A stretch of 64,000 nucleotides of DNA, taken from the NCBI GenBank assembly GCA_046290465.1, contig JBKAGP010000001.1, positions 1,024,001-1,088,000 on the forward strand. The letters run 5' to 3'. The stretch is from Planctomycetota bacterium. GTDB lineage: Bacteria; Planctomycetota; UBA1135; UBA2386. Below the pieces are notes generated by a model that was given only the letters and a program-made list of their open reading frames with translations, did no database searches and was not told the origin of the DNA. Shown in pieces: positions 19,206 through 28,994 of the stretch (positions are counted from its first letter, which is position 1; each line of letters begins with the position of its first letter). The position numbers and the translations under genes were made by a program.

Positions 19206-20162
19206 ATGCTGGCCGTCATGCAGTCCAAGGCTCTCCGACCGCTCGCCGGCCTGACGCTCGCCGCAGCCGCGCTTCTGGCCGACCCGCTGGCAGCGCAGCA
19301 GGACGACGAACCCACGCGCCGCTCCCTCGCCGACGGCCTCGTGCGGCAGCGCATCGAGATCGACCGGCTCGCGCCGCTGAAGCTGACCGTCGGCAAGGAG
19401 CTCGCCAGCGGCAACGTTCCGATGGTCCTGCTGGTGCGCCGCGGCGGCGGCAAGCTCGAGCCGTACACAATCGAGCGCGGGCTCGGCGACCACGGTGCCT
19501 CGCCCGAACCGGAAGGCGTGGAGCTCGCACCCGAGCAGGAGATCGAGGTGCGCAAGCCGGGGGCGAAACGACAGCCGAAGCCCAAGGGCAAGGCGAAGCC
19601 ACGCGAGAAGGTGCGGCAGGCGTCGCTGGACGTCGTGCGCAAGACGCCCGACGGCGCGGCGCCGTTCGTGAACGTGGCGGGCATCCGTCTCGAGTTCGAC
19701 GCGGGCACCCTGCAGACGAAGCGCCTGCGCCCGCTGCTGCAGCGGCTGTTCGACAAGCGCAAGGGCACAGGCGTCGCCGACGTGATGGTGCTGCGCGCGA
19801 CCAACGACACGCCGCTGCAGGACGTGCTGGCGGTCTGGGAGCTCGCGCACGACGTCGGCTTCCGTAAGCCGCTGTTCAGCGGTCTGCAGGGCATCCGGCC
19901 GATGGACGCGGACGCCAAGAAGGTCCTGACCGGGCTACCCAAGCGCTTCGCCTGGCCCTCGCGGCGCCTGCGTGCCAACAACCAGAAGGTCTTCGAAGGT
20001 GAGCTGCTGCTGCTGCTCGAGAAGGCGACCACGTGGGGCGACTTCGTCTCCATCTACGCGCAGTGCGCGCAAACCGGCATCTGGCGCATCTCCCTGGTCG
20101 GACAGCGCGGCAAGGAACGCGTCAAGCTGCCGATCGACCTGCCGTTCGACGGCGGCATGTGA
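19206..20162 (+). CDS. Secreted protein with two ExbD/TolR-like C-terminal motifs
   Basis: Signal peptide (..PLAA-QQ). VLRATNDTPLQDVLAVWELAHDVG and LLLEKATTWGDFVSIYAQCAQTG resemble the ExbD periplasmic motif. Confidence 0.6.
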   Translation: MLAVMQSKALRPLAGLTLAAAALLADPLAAQQDDEPTRRSLADGLVRQRIEIDRLAPLKLTVGKELASGNVPMVLLVRRGGGKLEPYTIERGLGDHGASPEPEGVELAPEQEIEVRKPGAKRQPKPKGKAKPREKVRQASLDVVRKTPDGAAPFVNVAGIRLEFDAGTLQTKRLRPLLQRLFDKRKGTGVADVMVLRATNDTPLQDVLAVWELAHDVGFRKPLFSGLQGIRPMDADAKKVLTGLPKRFAWPSRRLRANNQKVFEGELLLLLEKATTWGDFVSIYAQCAQTGIWRISLVGQRGKERVKLPIDLPFDGGM

Positions 20163-20175
20163 CAGCCGGCGCGGA

Positions 20176-20640
20176 TCAGCGCCGGACCAGCTTCATGTAG
20201 ACGTTGCGGTCGAGCTCGAACCGCTCGACCTGCTTGCCGACCGCGACGTCGACCGGCTCGGCGCCGACCTCCGGGGCCGCGCCGAAGTCGCCCAGGTCGA
20301 CGTTGCCTTCGCGCTCGAACGGCGGCTCCTGGCCCGCGTGCACGACCCCGGTGACCTTCAGCGGCGGCTGCAGGTCGACCTGCATGCGCGTCGCCTCGGC
20401 GACGACGCGGAAGGTGATCTTGTTGCTGCCCTCGATGCGCTTGTCGCCCGGAAGGACGCGGAGCGAGAGCGCGAAGTGCTGCACGTCCCACCAGGCGCGC
20501 TCGGCCACGACGGAGCCGCGCAGGCGGGCCTGGCGGTCGCCGGGCTTGTCCTGCGAGCCTACCGGAATGGCATACAGGGCAAGGAAGAGCGTGACCCCAA
20601 GTCGTTGGACCAGCGAGTTCGCGGTTCGCAGTATGCGCAC
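20176..20640 (-). pseudogene. Internally deleted M1-family aminopeptidase remnant
   Basis: Signal peptide + LRGS...ERAWWDVQHF.L...IEGSN.I..MQVDLQ.P...REGN (M1 N-terminal domain) joined to a short tail. No HEXXH. Confidence 0.6.
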
Positions 20641-20661
20641 AGTCCATGCGCGGCGGCGCTG

Positions 20662-21504
20662 CTACCGGCCAGACTCACCCCGAAGGTGCATGGCCATACC
20701 CTCGTCTACCGCGAACCGGTCCGGGATCAGCGCTGCCTGTAGCGCGTCGATACGACGGGACTTCTCCGCCTCACTCAGGCTGCGGTCCCTACGAATGGCG
20801 CCGATCTGCGACCTTGCGGAACGATGCGCTTCCAGGCGTTCGACGCGATTCTGGTAGTCCAGGTTGTTCCAGTTGCCGATGTACTCCTCATCGACGGCCA
20901 CCTGGAGCTGGTCCCGTTGTGCGATCAGCGCCGCCAGATCGCGGGCGACGTGAACCGCAATCGACAGCTCACAGACCGTATCGCGATTCGTCCGGTAGGG
21001 CCCGGACATCAGTTGTTGCACGCCAAGGGGAAGGTTCCGCGGGGACTCCCCCGACGAGAGGATCTCATAGTGCCCCGCTTCGATGGCGAGCACAGCCGCG
21101 TCAGCCTTGCCGGCCAACAACAGCAGCTCGGACTGGCGGAGCAGCCGCTGCAGGTCGGTCTCCTTCGGATCCTCGCGACTCTCGAGCACGCTCATCGCGT
21201 CCTGCCGATAGCCGGCTGCCGTTTCGCGCCAGGCCGCCGCAGCCCTGAGGGCTTCACCATCCGCCAAAAGCAGCCGCGCCGCGGAGCGACCCGCAGCAGA
21301 CGCGCGCTCCGGCGCCCCATCAACCGGCCTACTCACTTCGTGCTGCTCGCCCCGTTGTGAACCATTCCGCCCGCCAGAAGCAACCGCAGCCTCACCGCCA
21401 GGCGGCGCCGCACCCGTGGATCCCAGCGTCCACCAGACCACAGCCGCAGCGCCTGCGGCCATGGCCCCCAGCGCGACGACGGACCGGTAGGCGCTAGCGC
21501 GCAC
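20662..21504 (-). CDS. Hypothetical membrane-anchored protein (atypical codon usage)
   Basis: N-terminal TM. Start overlaps the stop of the upstream Cys-rich ORF. Confidence 0.65.
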   Translation of the reverse strand: MRASAYRSVVALGAMAAGAAAVVWWTLGSTGAAPPGGEAAVASGGRNGSQRGEQHEVSRPVDGAPERASAAGRSAARLLLADGEALRAAAAWRETAAGYRQDAMSVLESREDPKETDLQRLLRQSELLLLAGKADAAVLAIEAGHYEILSSGESPRNLPLGVQQLMSGPYRTNRDTVCELSIAVHVARDLAALIAQRDQLQVAVDEEYIGNWNNLDYQNRVERLEAHRSARSQIGAIRRDRSLSEAEKSRRIDALQAALIPDRFAVDEGMAMHLRGESGR

Positions 21505-21895
21505 TATCGTCCTTCTTCGCCTTGCACTGCCGACAGCGGAAGATGGCGCTGATCTCGAATCGAAGACCGTTGTCGGCCGAGCAGACGGCCGAGAGCTTCT
21601 TGGTTACGTCGCCCTTGTCATCACAGGCGAGACCTCCGGGCACACTGAGCGTCTTCGTGATGTCCTCACCAGCACACCGGGTCCCTACAGAAACGCCGTC
21701 CTGCTGGATATCCAAACAACCCACACCATGCGGAGTAGTCCGACTCGTCGAGCAGCAGGTTGTCTGCTGAGCTCCGCAGCCAAATACCGTCAGCTTGACG
21801 GAGTAGCTCTTGTGTTTGCAGCTAACCGCATCGTCGGGACACTCTTCGAGCTTGTGACACCTTCCAGGCGTGTCTGCGCCCGACGGCGGGACCAC
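21494..21895 (-). CDS. Cys-rich hypothetical protein, probably 5'-truncated
   Basis: 12 Cys in ~120 aa, lower GC. Only a doubtful GTG start. Confidence 0.45.
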   Translation of the reverse strand: MVPPSGADTPGRCHKLEECPDDAVSCKHKSYSVKLTVFGCGAQQTTCCSTSRTTPHGVGCLDIQQDGVSVGTRCAGEDITKTLSVPGGLACDDKGDVTKKLSAVCSADNGLRFEISAIFRCRQCKAKKDDSAR

Positions 21896-22143
21896 CGCGC
21901 GATCGGTCTGACGCTGCTGCACGTGCGCTTCCGCGTGCACCGGCCCGCGGGCGAACTCCGCTCGGTGCTCGGCGGCTACCGCAACCGCTTCCAGGCGCTC
22001 GCCGACGCGGTCACCGAGACCGAGCCGACGCTCGACGAGGCGCTGCTGGCGTCGATGCCGGTCGTCGCCCTGCTGTGCGAGCCGATCGACTCGCTCGCGG
22101 ACCGCTGGCGGAACGGCACGCTGCAGGCCCTGACGGCGCGGGG

Positions 22144-24825
22144 TCATTCCTTGCCGGCGCCCGGGGACGCCGTCACCGTGTCGGCCTCGTCGTCGCGGCC
22201 GAGTTCGCGCAGCAGCGCCACCAGCCGGACCCGCTGCACCTCGGCTTCGCCGTCGCGGCCCGCCGCCAGCGCCTGCCGCCGCGCCGTCCGCAGCAGGTCG
22301 ACGGCATGCTCCCGGTCGCCGCGCTGCGCCAGCATGAACGCGAGGTTGGTCATGCTCACCGTGCGCACGAAATGGTCGTCGGACAGGTGGCGCTCCGCCA
22401 TTTCGACCGCGCGCCGCTGGGTCGCGACCGCCTGCTCGGCGTCCCCCGCGCGCCACTGCACGCTGGCCAGGTTGCCGAGCGCGCCGATGTGCCCGTCGCG
22501 TCGCTGGTCGCCAAGTTCGCCGTAACGCTGGACCGCCTCGCGCAGGATGCGCTCTGCCGCCGGCAGGTCGCCGGCCTTGCCGAGCACGGCACCGAGCCGC
22601 TGCAACGTCTCGACGACATGCAGGTGGCCGTCACCGAACTCCGCCCGCAACGTCGCGAGCGCCGCCCGTAGCAGCCGTTCGGCCTCGCCCAGCTGACCGC
22701 GTTCCTGCAGCAGCCAGGCGAGGTCGGCGCGGCTGCGCGCGACCAGGGTGTGGCCTTCGCCGAACACCCTCACCCGCCCTTGCAGCAGTTCGCGGAACGC
22801 CCGCTCGGCCTCGTCGACGTCGCCGCGCCGCTGCAGCAGCACCGCCCGGTGCTGCCGTGCCGCGAGCACGTCCGGATGGTCGTTCCCCAGCGTGCGTTGC
22901 TGCGCCAGAGCCAGGTCCAGCGCAGCCAGGGCCTCGTCGACCCGGCCGAGCGAGCCGTGCAGGTTGGCGACCTGCAGGTAGCTGCGGGCGAGGTCCACCG
23001 GGCGGCCCTCGCGCAGCGCCAGCGCGCGCTCCGCGTGCTCGAAGGCCACGCGTTCGTCACCGCGCCGCTGTGCGACCTCGGCCAGCAGCGCGTGGCTCTG
23101 CGAAAGCAGTTCGGCGAGCTCCGGATCCTCGGCCGCCGCCGCCAGCCCGGTCGCGGCAGCGGCGGCCGAGTGCTCGGCGTCCTGTGGTCTGCCCAGTGCC
23201 AACAGCGCCCGCGCGCGCTGCAGGACCGCGACGGCACGGTCCCGTTCGTCGCCGAACTCCGTCGCCAGTTCGACCGCGCGGTCGGCGTGTCGCAACGCGA
23301 TCTCGCCGTGGCCGAGGAACCGCTGCAGACCGGCTAGCGTGCGCTGCACCCGCATCTCCAGCAGCGGGTCGCCCGCGGTGCGCGACGGCAGCTCGCGCAG
23401 CAGATCGGCCAGCACCTCGCGGGTCGGCCGCGCGGCGTCGCCGAGGCCGCTCGGATCGAGACGCGTCCACGCCTCCTCGAGCAGGTCCAACGCACGATCG
23501 GCGCGCGCGCTGGCGCGCTCCGCAGCGCGTTGTTCGGCGCGCGCCTGCCGTTCGGACTGCAGCGCGTGCCACCACCCCAGGCTCGCCACCGCGCTGCCGA
23601 TCACGAGCGTGGCGCCGACCGCGAGCACCGCGAACGCGGCCGTCCGGTGGCGGCCGACGAAGCGCCGCAGCCGATAGAGATGCGACGGCGGTGCGGCCGC
23701 GACCGGCCGACGCTGCAGCAGGCAGTGCACGTCCGCCACGAGCGCCGCGACCGTCGGGTAGCGCGCCGCCGGCCGCTTCTCGAGCGCGCGCGCCGTGATC
23801 CACACCAGCTCGACCGGCAGCTCCGGGCGGAACCGACGCGGCGACGGCGGTGCTTCGCCGCGGACCGCCGCGAGCAGCGCGTCGAGGCCGCCGCTCGCGC
23901 GTTCGCGCACGAACGGCACGCGACCGGCGACCAGTTCGTAGAGCAACACACCGAGCGAGTAGACGTCGCTGCGCGCGTCGACCATCGCGTGCGCGCCATC
24001 GGCCTGCTCCGGGCTCATGTATTCGGGGGTGCCGAGCAGTTCGGAGCCGGCGCCGCCGTCGCCAGAACCGCTGATGGCCGAACCGCCGACGACCGAGCCC
24101 CCGAGCACCGAACCACCGATCACCGACCCCCCATCGAGCGACCGCGCGACCCCGAAGTCGATCACGATCGGACGCGGGTCGGCAGCGCCGCCGGACACCA
24201 GCACGTTCGACGGCTTCAGGTCGTAGTGCACGATGCCCTTGTCGTGCGCATGCCGCACCGCGTCGCAAACGGCCGCGAACAGCTCGAGTCGACGCTCGAG
24301 CGGCCATCCTTGCTGGCGACAGAACGACGTGATCGTCGGGCCGTCGACGAGCTGCATCGCCATCCACGCGTGGCCGTCGTCGGTGATTCCGGCGTCATAG
24401 ATGTGCGCGATCCCGGGGTGCTGCATCCGCGCCAGCACCTGACGCTCGGCGAGCGACGCGGTCCCGGCCGCCCGCGGCCGATGCAGCACCTTCAACGCGA
24501 CCCGTCGCTCGACCGGCGCGTGCTGCTGCGCGAGCCAGACGGTGCCGAAGCCGCCGCGGCCGAGCGGCTCCAGCAGCTCGTAGTCGGCGATCCGGTCGCC
24601 GACCTCGTACGACGGGCCGGGTGTCGGATCGGCGCACGCGGCCGCGACCAGCCCGCTCGGGTGTTCGAGGAACGCGCCGGCGCGATCGTGCGCGGCGAGC
24701 AGCCGTTCGAGTTCGCCGGCCAGTGTGCGATCCTCGAGCCCAGCGACGAACGCCGGCCGCGCGTCGGCCGGCAGCTCGAGCGCCTCGGCGAAGCGCTGCT
24801 TCAGCAGGTCGCCGCGCTCACCCAT
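22144..24825 (-). CDS. Ser/Thr kinase with TM and C-terminal TPR repeats
   Basis: LGRGGFG.V, VALKV, HYDLKPSN, DFGVA, GTPEYMSPE, TM, then TPR-like repeats. Confidence 0.92.
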   Translation of the reverse strand: MGERGDLLKQRFAEALELPADARPAFVAGLEDRTLAGELERLLAAHDRAGAFLEHPSGLVAAACADPTPGPSYEVGDRIADYELLEPLGRGGFGTVWLAQQHAPVERRVALKVLHRPRAAGTASLAERQVLARMQHPGIAHIYDAGITDDGHAWMAMQLVDGPTITSFCRQQGWPLERRLELFAAVCDAVRHAHDKGIVHYDLKPSNVLVSGGAADPRPIVIDFGVARSLDGGSVIGGSVLGGSVVGGSAISGSGDGGAGSELLGTPEYMSPEQADGAHAMVDARSDVYSLGVLLYELVAGRVPFVRERASGGLDALLAAVRGEAPPSPRRFRPELPVELVWITARALEKRPAARYPTVAALVADVHCLLQRRPVAAAPPSHLYRLRRFVGRHRTAAFAVLAVGATLVIGSAVASLGWWHALQSERQARAEQRAAERASARADRALDLLEEAWTRLDPSGLGDAARPTREVLADLLRELPSRTAGDPLLEMRVQRTLAGLQRFLGHGEIALRHADRAVELATEFGDERDRAVAVLQRARALLALGRPQDAEHSAAAAATGLAAAAEDPELAELLSQSHALLAEVAQRRGDERVAFEHAERALALREGRPVDLARSYLQVANLHGSLGRVDEALAALDLALAQQRTLGNDHPDVLAARQHRAVLLQRRGDVDEAERAFRELLQGRVRVFGEGHTLVARSRADLAWLLQERGQLGEAERLLRAALATLRAEFGDGHLHVVETLQRLGAVLGKAGDLPAAERILREAVQRYGELGDQRRDGHIGALGNLASVQWRAGDAEQAVATQRRAVEMAERHLSDDHFVRTVSMTNLAFMLAQRGDREHAVDLLRTARRQALAAGRDGEAEVQRVRLVALLRELGRDDEADTVTASPGAGKE

Positions 24826-25414
24826 CGACGCCGCCCATGGCCGCGAACAGCCGCGCCCGCGCGAACGCCCACTCGCGCAGCACCGTGCGCCGCGACAGCC
24901 CGATCGCCGCCGCGGTCTGGTCGACGTCGAGGCCGGCGAAGAACCGCAGCCGCACGATCTCGCCGGCGCGCGGGTCGTCACGCTCCAGCGCTGCGATCGC
25001 CTCGTCGAGCTGCAGGAACGTCGCGGCGTCGCCGAGGTCCGGTTCGCCGGCGGCGAGCCCGCCGACCGAGACCGGTTCGTGTGCCTGCGGGCCACCGCGC
25101 TTCAACCGGCTGCGGCGGCGCGCGTGGTCGACCAGGATCCGCCGCATCGCGGTCGCCGCCGCCCGGAAGAACGCGTGCCGGTCCTGCCACTCCGCGCCGT
25201 GCACGCCGACCAGCTTCAGCCACGTCTCGTGCACGAGCGCGGTCGCCTGCAGCGTGTGGTCGTCGCGCTCGTTCGCCATGCGCCGGCGCGCCAGCTCGCG
25301 CAGCTCGCGATAGACCAGCGGCAGCGCCGCGTCCCCGGCATCCGGCTGGCCCTGCGCGGCCCGCCGCAGCAGCTCGGTCAGCGGCGGCTCCCCTTGCAGA
25401 TCGTCACGCGACAT
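24818..25414 (-). CDS. ECF-type sigma factor (kinase-associated, TIGR02999-like)
   Basis: LPLVYRELRELARR.M..ER.DHTLQATALVHE.WLKL, LRFFAGL, REW.FARARL. Confidence 0.92.
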   Translation of the reverse strand: MSRDDLQGEPPLTELLRRAAQGQPDAGDAALPLVYRELRELARRRMANERDDHTLQATALVHETWLKLVGVHGAEWQDRHAFFRAAATAMRRILVDHARRRSRLKRGGPQAHEPVSVGGLAAGEPDLGDAATFLQLDEAIAALERDDPRAGEIVRLRFFAGLDVDQTAAAIGLSRRTVLREWAFARARLFAAMGGVDG

Positions 25415-25476
25415 CTCGGCCGCGAGCATACGCGACCGCGGACGACGCCGGCGCGGACATGTGCGTACGGTCGCGG

Positions 25477-27132
25477 TCACGGCTGCTGGCGGCAGTAGCA
25501 CGAGGCGCCGATCTCGACCGAGGCGTTTGCCCAGGCGGCCGCGAAGCGCGTCCGCAGCGCGGCGGCGCGGGTGTCGCCTCCCGCGCGTTCGGCGCACTCG
25601 ACGAGGCCGCGCAACGCCCACCCGTTGTCCGGGTTGTGGCGCAGGTCCTGTTCGTAGACCGCGCGCGCCTCGGCGACGCGACCGTGCTCGAGCAGCAGCG
25701 CGCCGAGCGCGTGGCGCGGCGGCATCATCCACCCCCACGGCTCGTCGTAGCGCAGCGCGTCGGCGCGCTCGACCGCCAGCCGCAGCGACGCGAACGCGGC
25801 CTCGCGGTCGCCGTCGCGGAACGTGATCTCGCCGTCGAGGAACGCAGCGCCGATCGCCAGCACGGTGCGCGTCGGGTTGTTGCCGATCGTCCACGACTCG
25901 GGCACCTGCGCCGCCAGCTCCGTGAACGCCCGCTGCTCGTCGCGCGCTTCGACGACGCGCCCGAGCGCAGCCAGCGCGATGCCGCGGGCGTAGTGCCGCA
26001 CCGCGCGCGTGCTCAGCTGCCATTCGGGCGGCGCGGGCCGCGCCAGGATCTCCTGCCAACGGCCGAACCGCACCAAGGCGTGGAACGGCACCGCCAGGAA
26101 CCCCTCCAGGAACTCCGGCAGCTCGCGCACGACGTCGGCGGGCAGTTCTTGCACCATCTCGTCAGCCGCCGCGATCGCCTCGTCGGCGCGCCCGGCGAAC
26201 ATCGCCGCATAGACCAGGAAGTGGTAGTTGTGCGCGCGGTAGAGTTCGTAGAAGCCGACCCGACCGGTGCGTGCGAGGATGCGCTGGTCGGCGGCGATCG
26301 CCCGGCGGTTGGCGGCGGCGGCGTCCTCGTAGCGGCCGACGCGGACGAACACGTGCGACGGCATGTGCGTCAGGTGGCCGGCCGCCGGCGCCAGGTCGAT
26401 GAGCCGTTCGGCGCACGGCAGCGCGCACTCCGGCTGCGGCGACGCCTCGACGGCGTGGATGTAGAGGTGGTTCGCCTGTGGATGATCCGGGTGCTCGCGC
26501 AGGGTGCGTTCGAGCACCGACAACACCACGTCCGTGCCGGGCTGGGGCTCGCCGTCCGCGGTCCACAGGTCCCACGGGCGCAGGTTCATCAACGACTCGG
26601 CGTAGAGCACCGCGACGTCGCCGTTGCGGCCGTGCCGTTCGTAGACGGTCGTCATCGCGTCGGCGTAGTCGCGGTCGAGCTGCGCGCGGTCGTCGGGCGC
26701 GGGCCAGCGATAGCGTCGGCCGACCGCCGCGATGAGCGCGCGCTCCATCTGCGTGCAACGGGCGCTGCCGGCCGCGGCGCGCTCGGCGGCCTCGTGCGCC
26801 CGCTCGGCGGCGGCGTCGTCCATCTCCATGTTGTTGATGTTCGGGCCGGCCGCGTAGGCGATGCCCCACCACGCCATCGCGCAGTCCGGGTCGTGCTCGA
26901 GCGCGCGACGGAAGCAGCGCGTCGCCTCGTCGTGGTGGAACGCGTAGCACCAGCCGAGGCCGCGATCGAACCAGCGCTGCGCCCGATCCGACGCGCAGGT
27001 CACCGGCAAGTGCGCGCCGCCGAGCTGCGCGGCGGTCGGTTCGCCGTCGACGGCGGTGGGCGTCACGCCGCACGCCGCCAGCGCGAGCAGCAGCGGGATT
27101 GCCCGCGGGAAGGAAGGCAGGGAGTGGCTCAT
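25477..27132 (-). CDS. TPR-containing lipoprotein
   Basis: Lipobox LAAC. AQRWFDRGL..YAFHHDEA, HLYIHAVEAS, GHL.HMPSH, YDEPW.W..P.RH. Confidence 0.85.
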   Translation of the reverse strand: MSHSLPSFPRAIPLLLALAACGVTPTAVDGEPTAAQLGGAHLPVTCASDRAQRWFDRGLGWCYAFHHDEATRCFRRALEHDPDCAMAWWGIAYAAGPNINNMEMDDAAAERAHEAAERAAAGSARCTQMERALIAAVGRRYRWPAPDDRAQLDRDYADAMTTVYERHGRNGDVAVLYAESLMNLRPWDLWTADGEPQPGTDVVLSVLERTLREHPDHPQANHLYIHAVEASPQPECALPCAERLIDLAPAAGHLTHMPSHVFVRVGRYEDAAAANRRAIAADQRILARTGRVGFYELYRAHNYHFLVYAAMFAGRADEAIAAADEMVQELPADVVRELPEFLEGFLAVPFHALVRFGRWQEILARPAPPEWQLSTRAVRHYARGIALAALGRVVEARDEQRAFTELAAQVPESWTIGNNPTRTVLAIGAAFLDGEITFRDGDREAAFASLRLAVERADALRYDEPWGWMMPPRHALGALLLEHGRVAEARAVYEQDLRHNPDNGWALRGLVECAERAGGDTRAAALRTRFAAAWANASVEIGASCYCRQQP

Positions 27133-27286
27133 GACCGTGGAGGCGACGTCGGCGGCGTCCGGGTGCCAGGAATTGTGCGATTCCGCGGCGCGCGGTCGCC
27201 GCGACAAATGTTGGCACCGGCGGCGGGGCGCTGGCGCCGACCCGCGTGCGGCGCCACGACGGCGACCGAACAAGGACCCCGACCGT

Positions 27287-28192
27287 ATGCCAATCAACCC
27301 GCAGATCTCGTTCTTCTCGCTGCTCGCGCTGGCCTCCTGCGCGTGGACCCCGCTCGCGACCGCACAGAGCCCGTCGCCCGAACTCATCACGAACGGCACG
27401 TTCGACGCAGGCTTCGCCGGCTGGAATCCGCAGGGGTTCGCCGGCAACCCGACCATCGAGACGTTCGACACCACGGGGCTCGGCGCCTCGCCGTGCTTCG
27501 CGGCCGATCCGAACGTCGCGTTCGTCGGCTTCTCGGGGTTCACGATCGAGCAGGACGTGCCGGTCGTCGCCGGCCGCCGCTACGCGTTCGCCGTCGACAC
27601 CAGCTACGCGGCGCCCGCGAGCTCGGTCGCGGACACCGGCCTGCTCACGGTGCAGGTCGACAGCGCGATCCTGATCCAGAAGGCCTACGGCCAGCTCGCC
27701 GCCGGGCAGCTCGCGCGCGACGCGCTGTGCGCGACCTTCGTCGCGACGCAGACCGGCGTGGCCAACATCAAGTTCACGCTGCACAAGCTGATCTTCCCGT
27801 TCGTGCCGGTGGCGCGGATGCGCGTCGACAACTTCTCGGTGCGGCGCATGCACGGCCCGGTGGTCGGAGTGCGCGGCGATCGGCGGCCCGGCGACACCGC
27901 CACGCTCGAGGTGCACGGCGAGTCCGGCGACGGCTTCGCGACGTTCGCGGCGACGCAGCGCGCAGCGGTGCCGGTGCCGTTCGCCGGGCTCTCGGGAGCG
28001 CTCGAGCTGGAGTCGCCGACGCCGTTCGGCAGCGGCGTGCTGCCGAACGACGGTGTGCATCGCTCGCAGCTGCTGATCCCCGCGATCCCCGCGCTGGCCG
28101 GGCTGCCGGTCGAACTGCAGGCCGTGCGCATCCCGACCGCATCGCCGAACGGCGGCTTCGGGCCGGCTCGTTCGCTCGGCGTGCAGAACTGA
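27287..28192 (+). CDS. Secreted protein: CBM-like/jelly-roll domain + shared C-terminal domain
   Basis: Signal peptide (..ATA-Q), ELITNGTFD..FAGW, C-terminal IP..PAL.G....Q motif. Confidence 0.8.
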   Translation: MPINPQISFFSLLALASCAWTPLATAQSPSPELITNGTFDAGFAGWNPQGFAGNPTIETFDTTGLGASPCFAADPNVAFVGFSGFTIEQDVPVVAGRRYAFAVDTSYAAPASSVADTGLLTVQVDSAILIQKAYGQLAAGQLARDALCATFVATQTGVANIKFTLHKLIFPFVPVARMRVDNFSVRRMHGPVVGVRGDRRPGDTATLEVHGESGDGFATFAATQRAAVPVPFAGLSGALELESPTPFGSGVLPNDGVHRSQLLIPAIPALAGLPVELQAVRIPTASPNGGFGPARSLGVQN

Positions 28193-28199
28193 GGCGTCG

Positions 28200-28739
28200 A
28201 TGCAACCGCTCGTCTACCACGTCGCCGCGAGCCTCGACGGCTTCCTCGCCCAACCCGACGGGTCGTTCGACGGCTTCGCGTGGGACGACGAGGTGGTCGC
28301 CGACTTCGAACGCGCCTGCGCCACCTACGGCACCGTCCTGATGGGCCGCAAGACCTACGAGGTCGGGTTGGCGGAGGGCAAGACCAGCCCCTATCCGTCG
28401 ATGCGCCAGGTGGTGTTTTCGCGCAGCATGACGCAGTCGCCCGATGCGGCCGTCGAGCTGGTCGGCGGCGACATCGCTCCGTTCGTGCGCAGCGCCAAGG
28501 AGACCGCCGAACGGCCGCTCTGGCTGTGCGGCGGCGGCGAGGTCGCGGCGCAGCTGCTCGACGCCGGGCTCGTCGACCGGGTCGTCGTCAAGCTCAACCC
28601 GGTGGTGTTCGGGGCGGGTGTGCCGCTGTTCGCCGCGGGCATCCGCACCGCGTCGCTTCGGCTGGAGGGCCTGGAGCGCTTCGCCTGCGGCATCACCGTG
28701 CTCCAGTTCGCCGTCCCGGGTCGCGAAGTTGTCAGGTAG
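28200..28739 (+). CDS. Dihydrofolate reductase / RibD C-terminal family protein
   Basis: A.SLDGF, LMGRKTYE, WLCGGG, LVD......PVV.G.G. Confidence 0.9.
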   Translation: MQPLVYHVAASLDGFLAQPDGSFDGFAWDDEVVADFERACATYGTVLMGRKTYEVGLAEGKTSPYPSMRQVVFSRSMTQSPDAAVELVGGDIAPFVRSAKETAERPLWLCGGGEVAAQLLDAGLVDRVVVKLNPVVFGAGVPLFAAGIRTASLRLEGLERFACGITVLQFAVPGREVVR

Positions 28740-28994
28740 ACACACGCCTGGGCCGATCGGCGGCAACCGAACGCCCTGACTGTCCACGCCCCAGGGCATC
28801 GGCACCACGGCGCTTCCATGCAGCGTGGCGCTGCATCGCTAAGGCGTTCCCTCCGCGCCGTCCGCCGGCACGCCTCTCACCCCGAAGCAGAAGGAGATCT
28901 CGTGATGATCCGTTCGACCACCCTCGCCGCCGCCGCGATCGCGTCCCGGAGCCAGCCCGTTCCGCTGCATGAGCCTCGGGTCAGGCAAATGGAC

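Noticed and set aside
23530..28341. 1603-aa plus-strand ORF and similar very long ORFs (14208-17426, 2803-5541, most of 28995-32516)
   Set aside because: Arg/Ala/Pro-rich shadow frames antisense to or overlapping well-supported genes, as expected at this GC content
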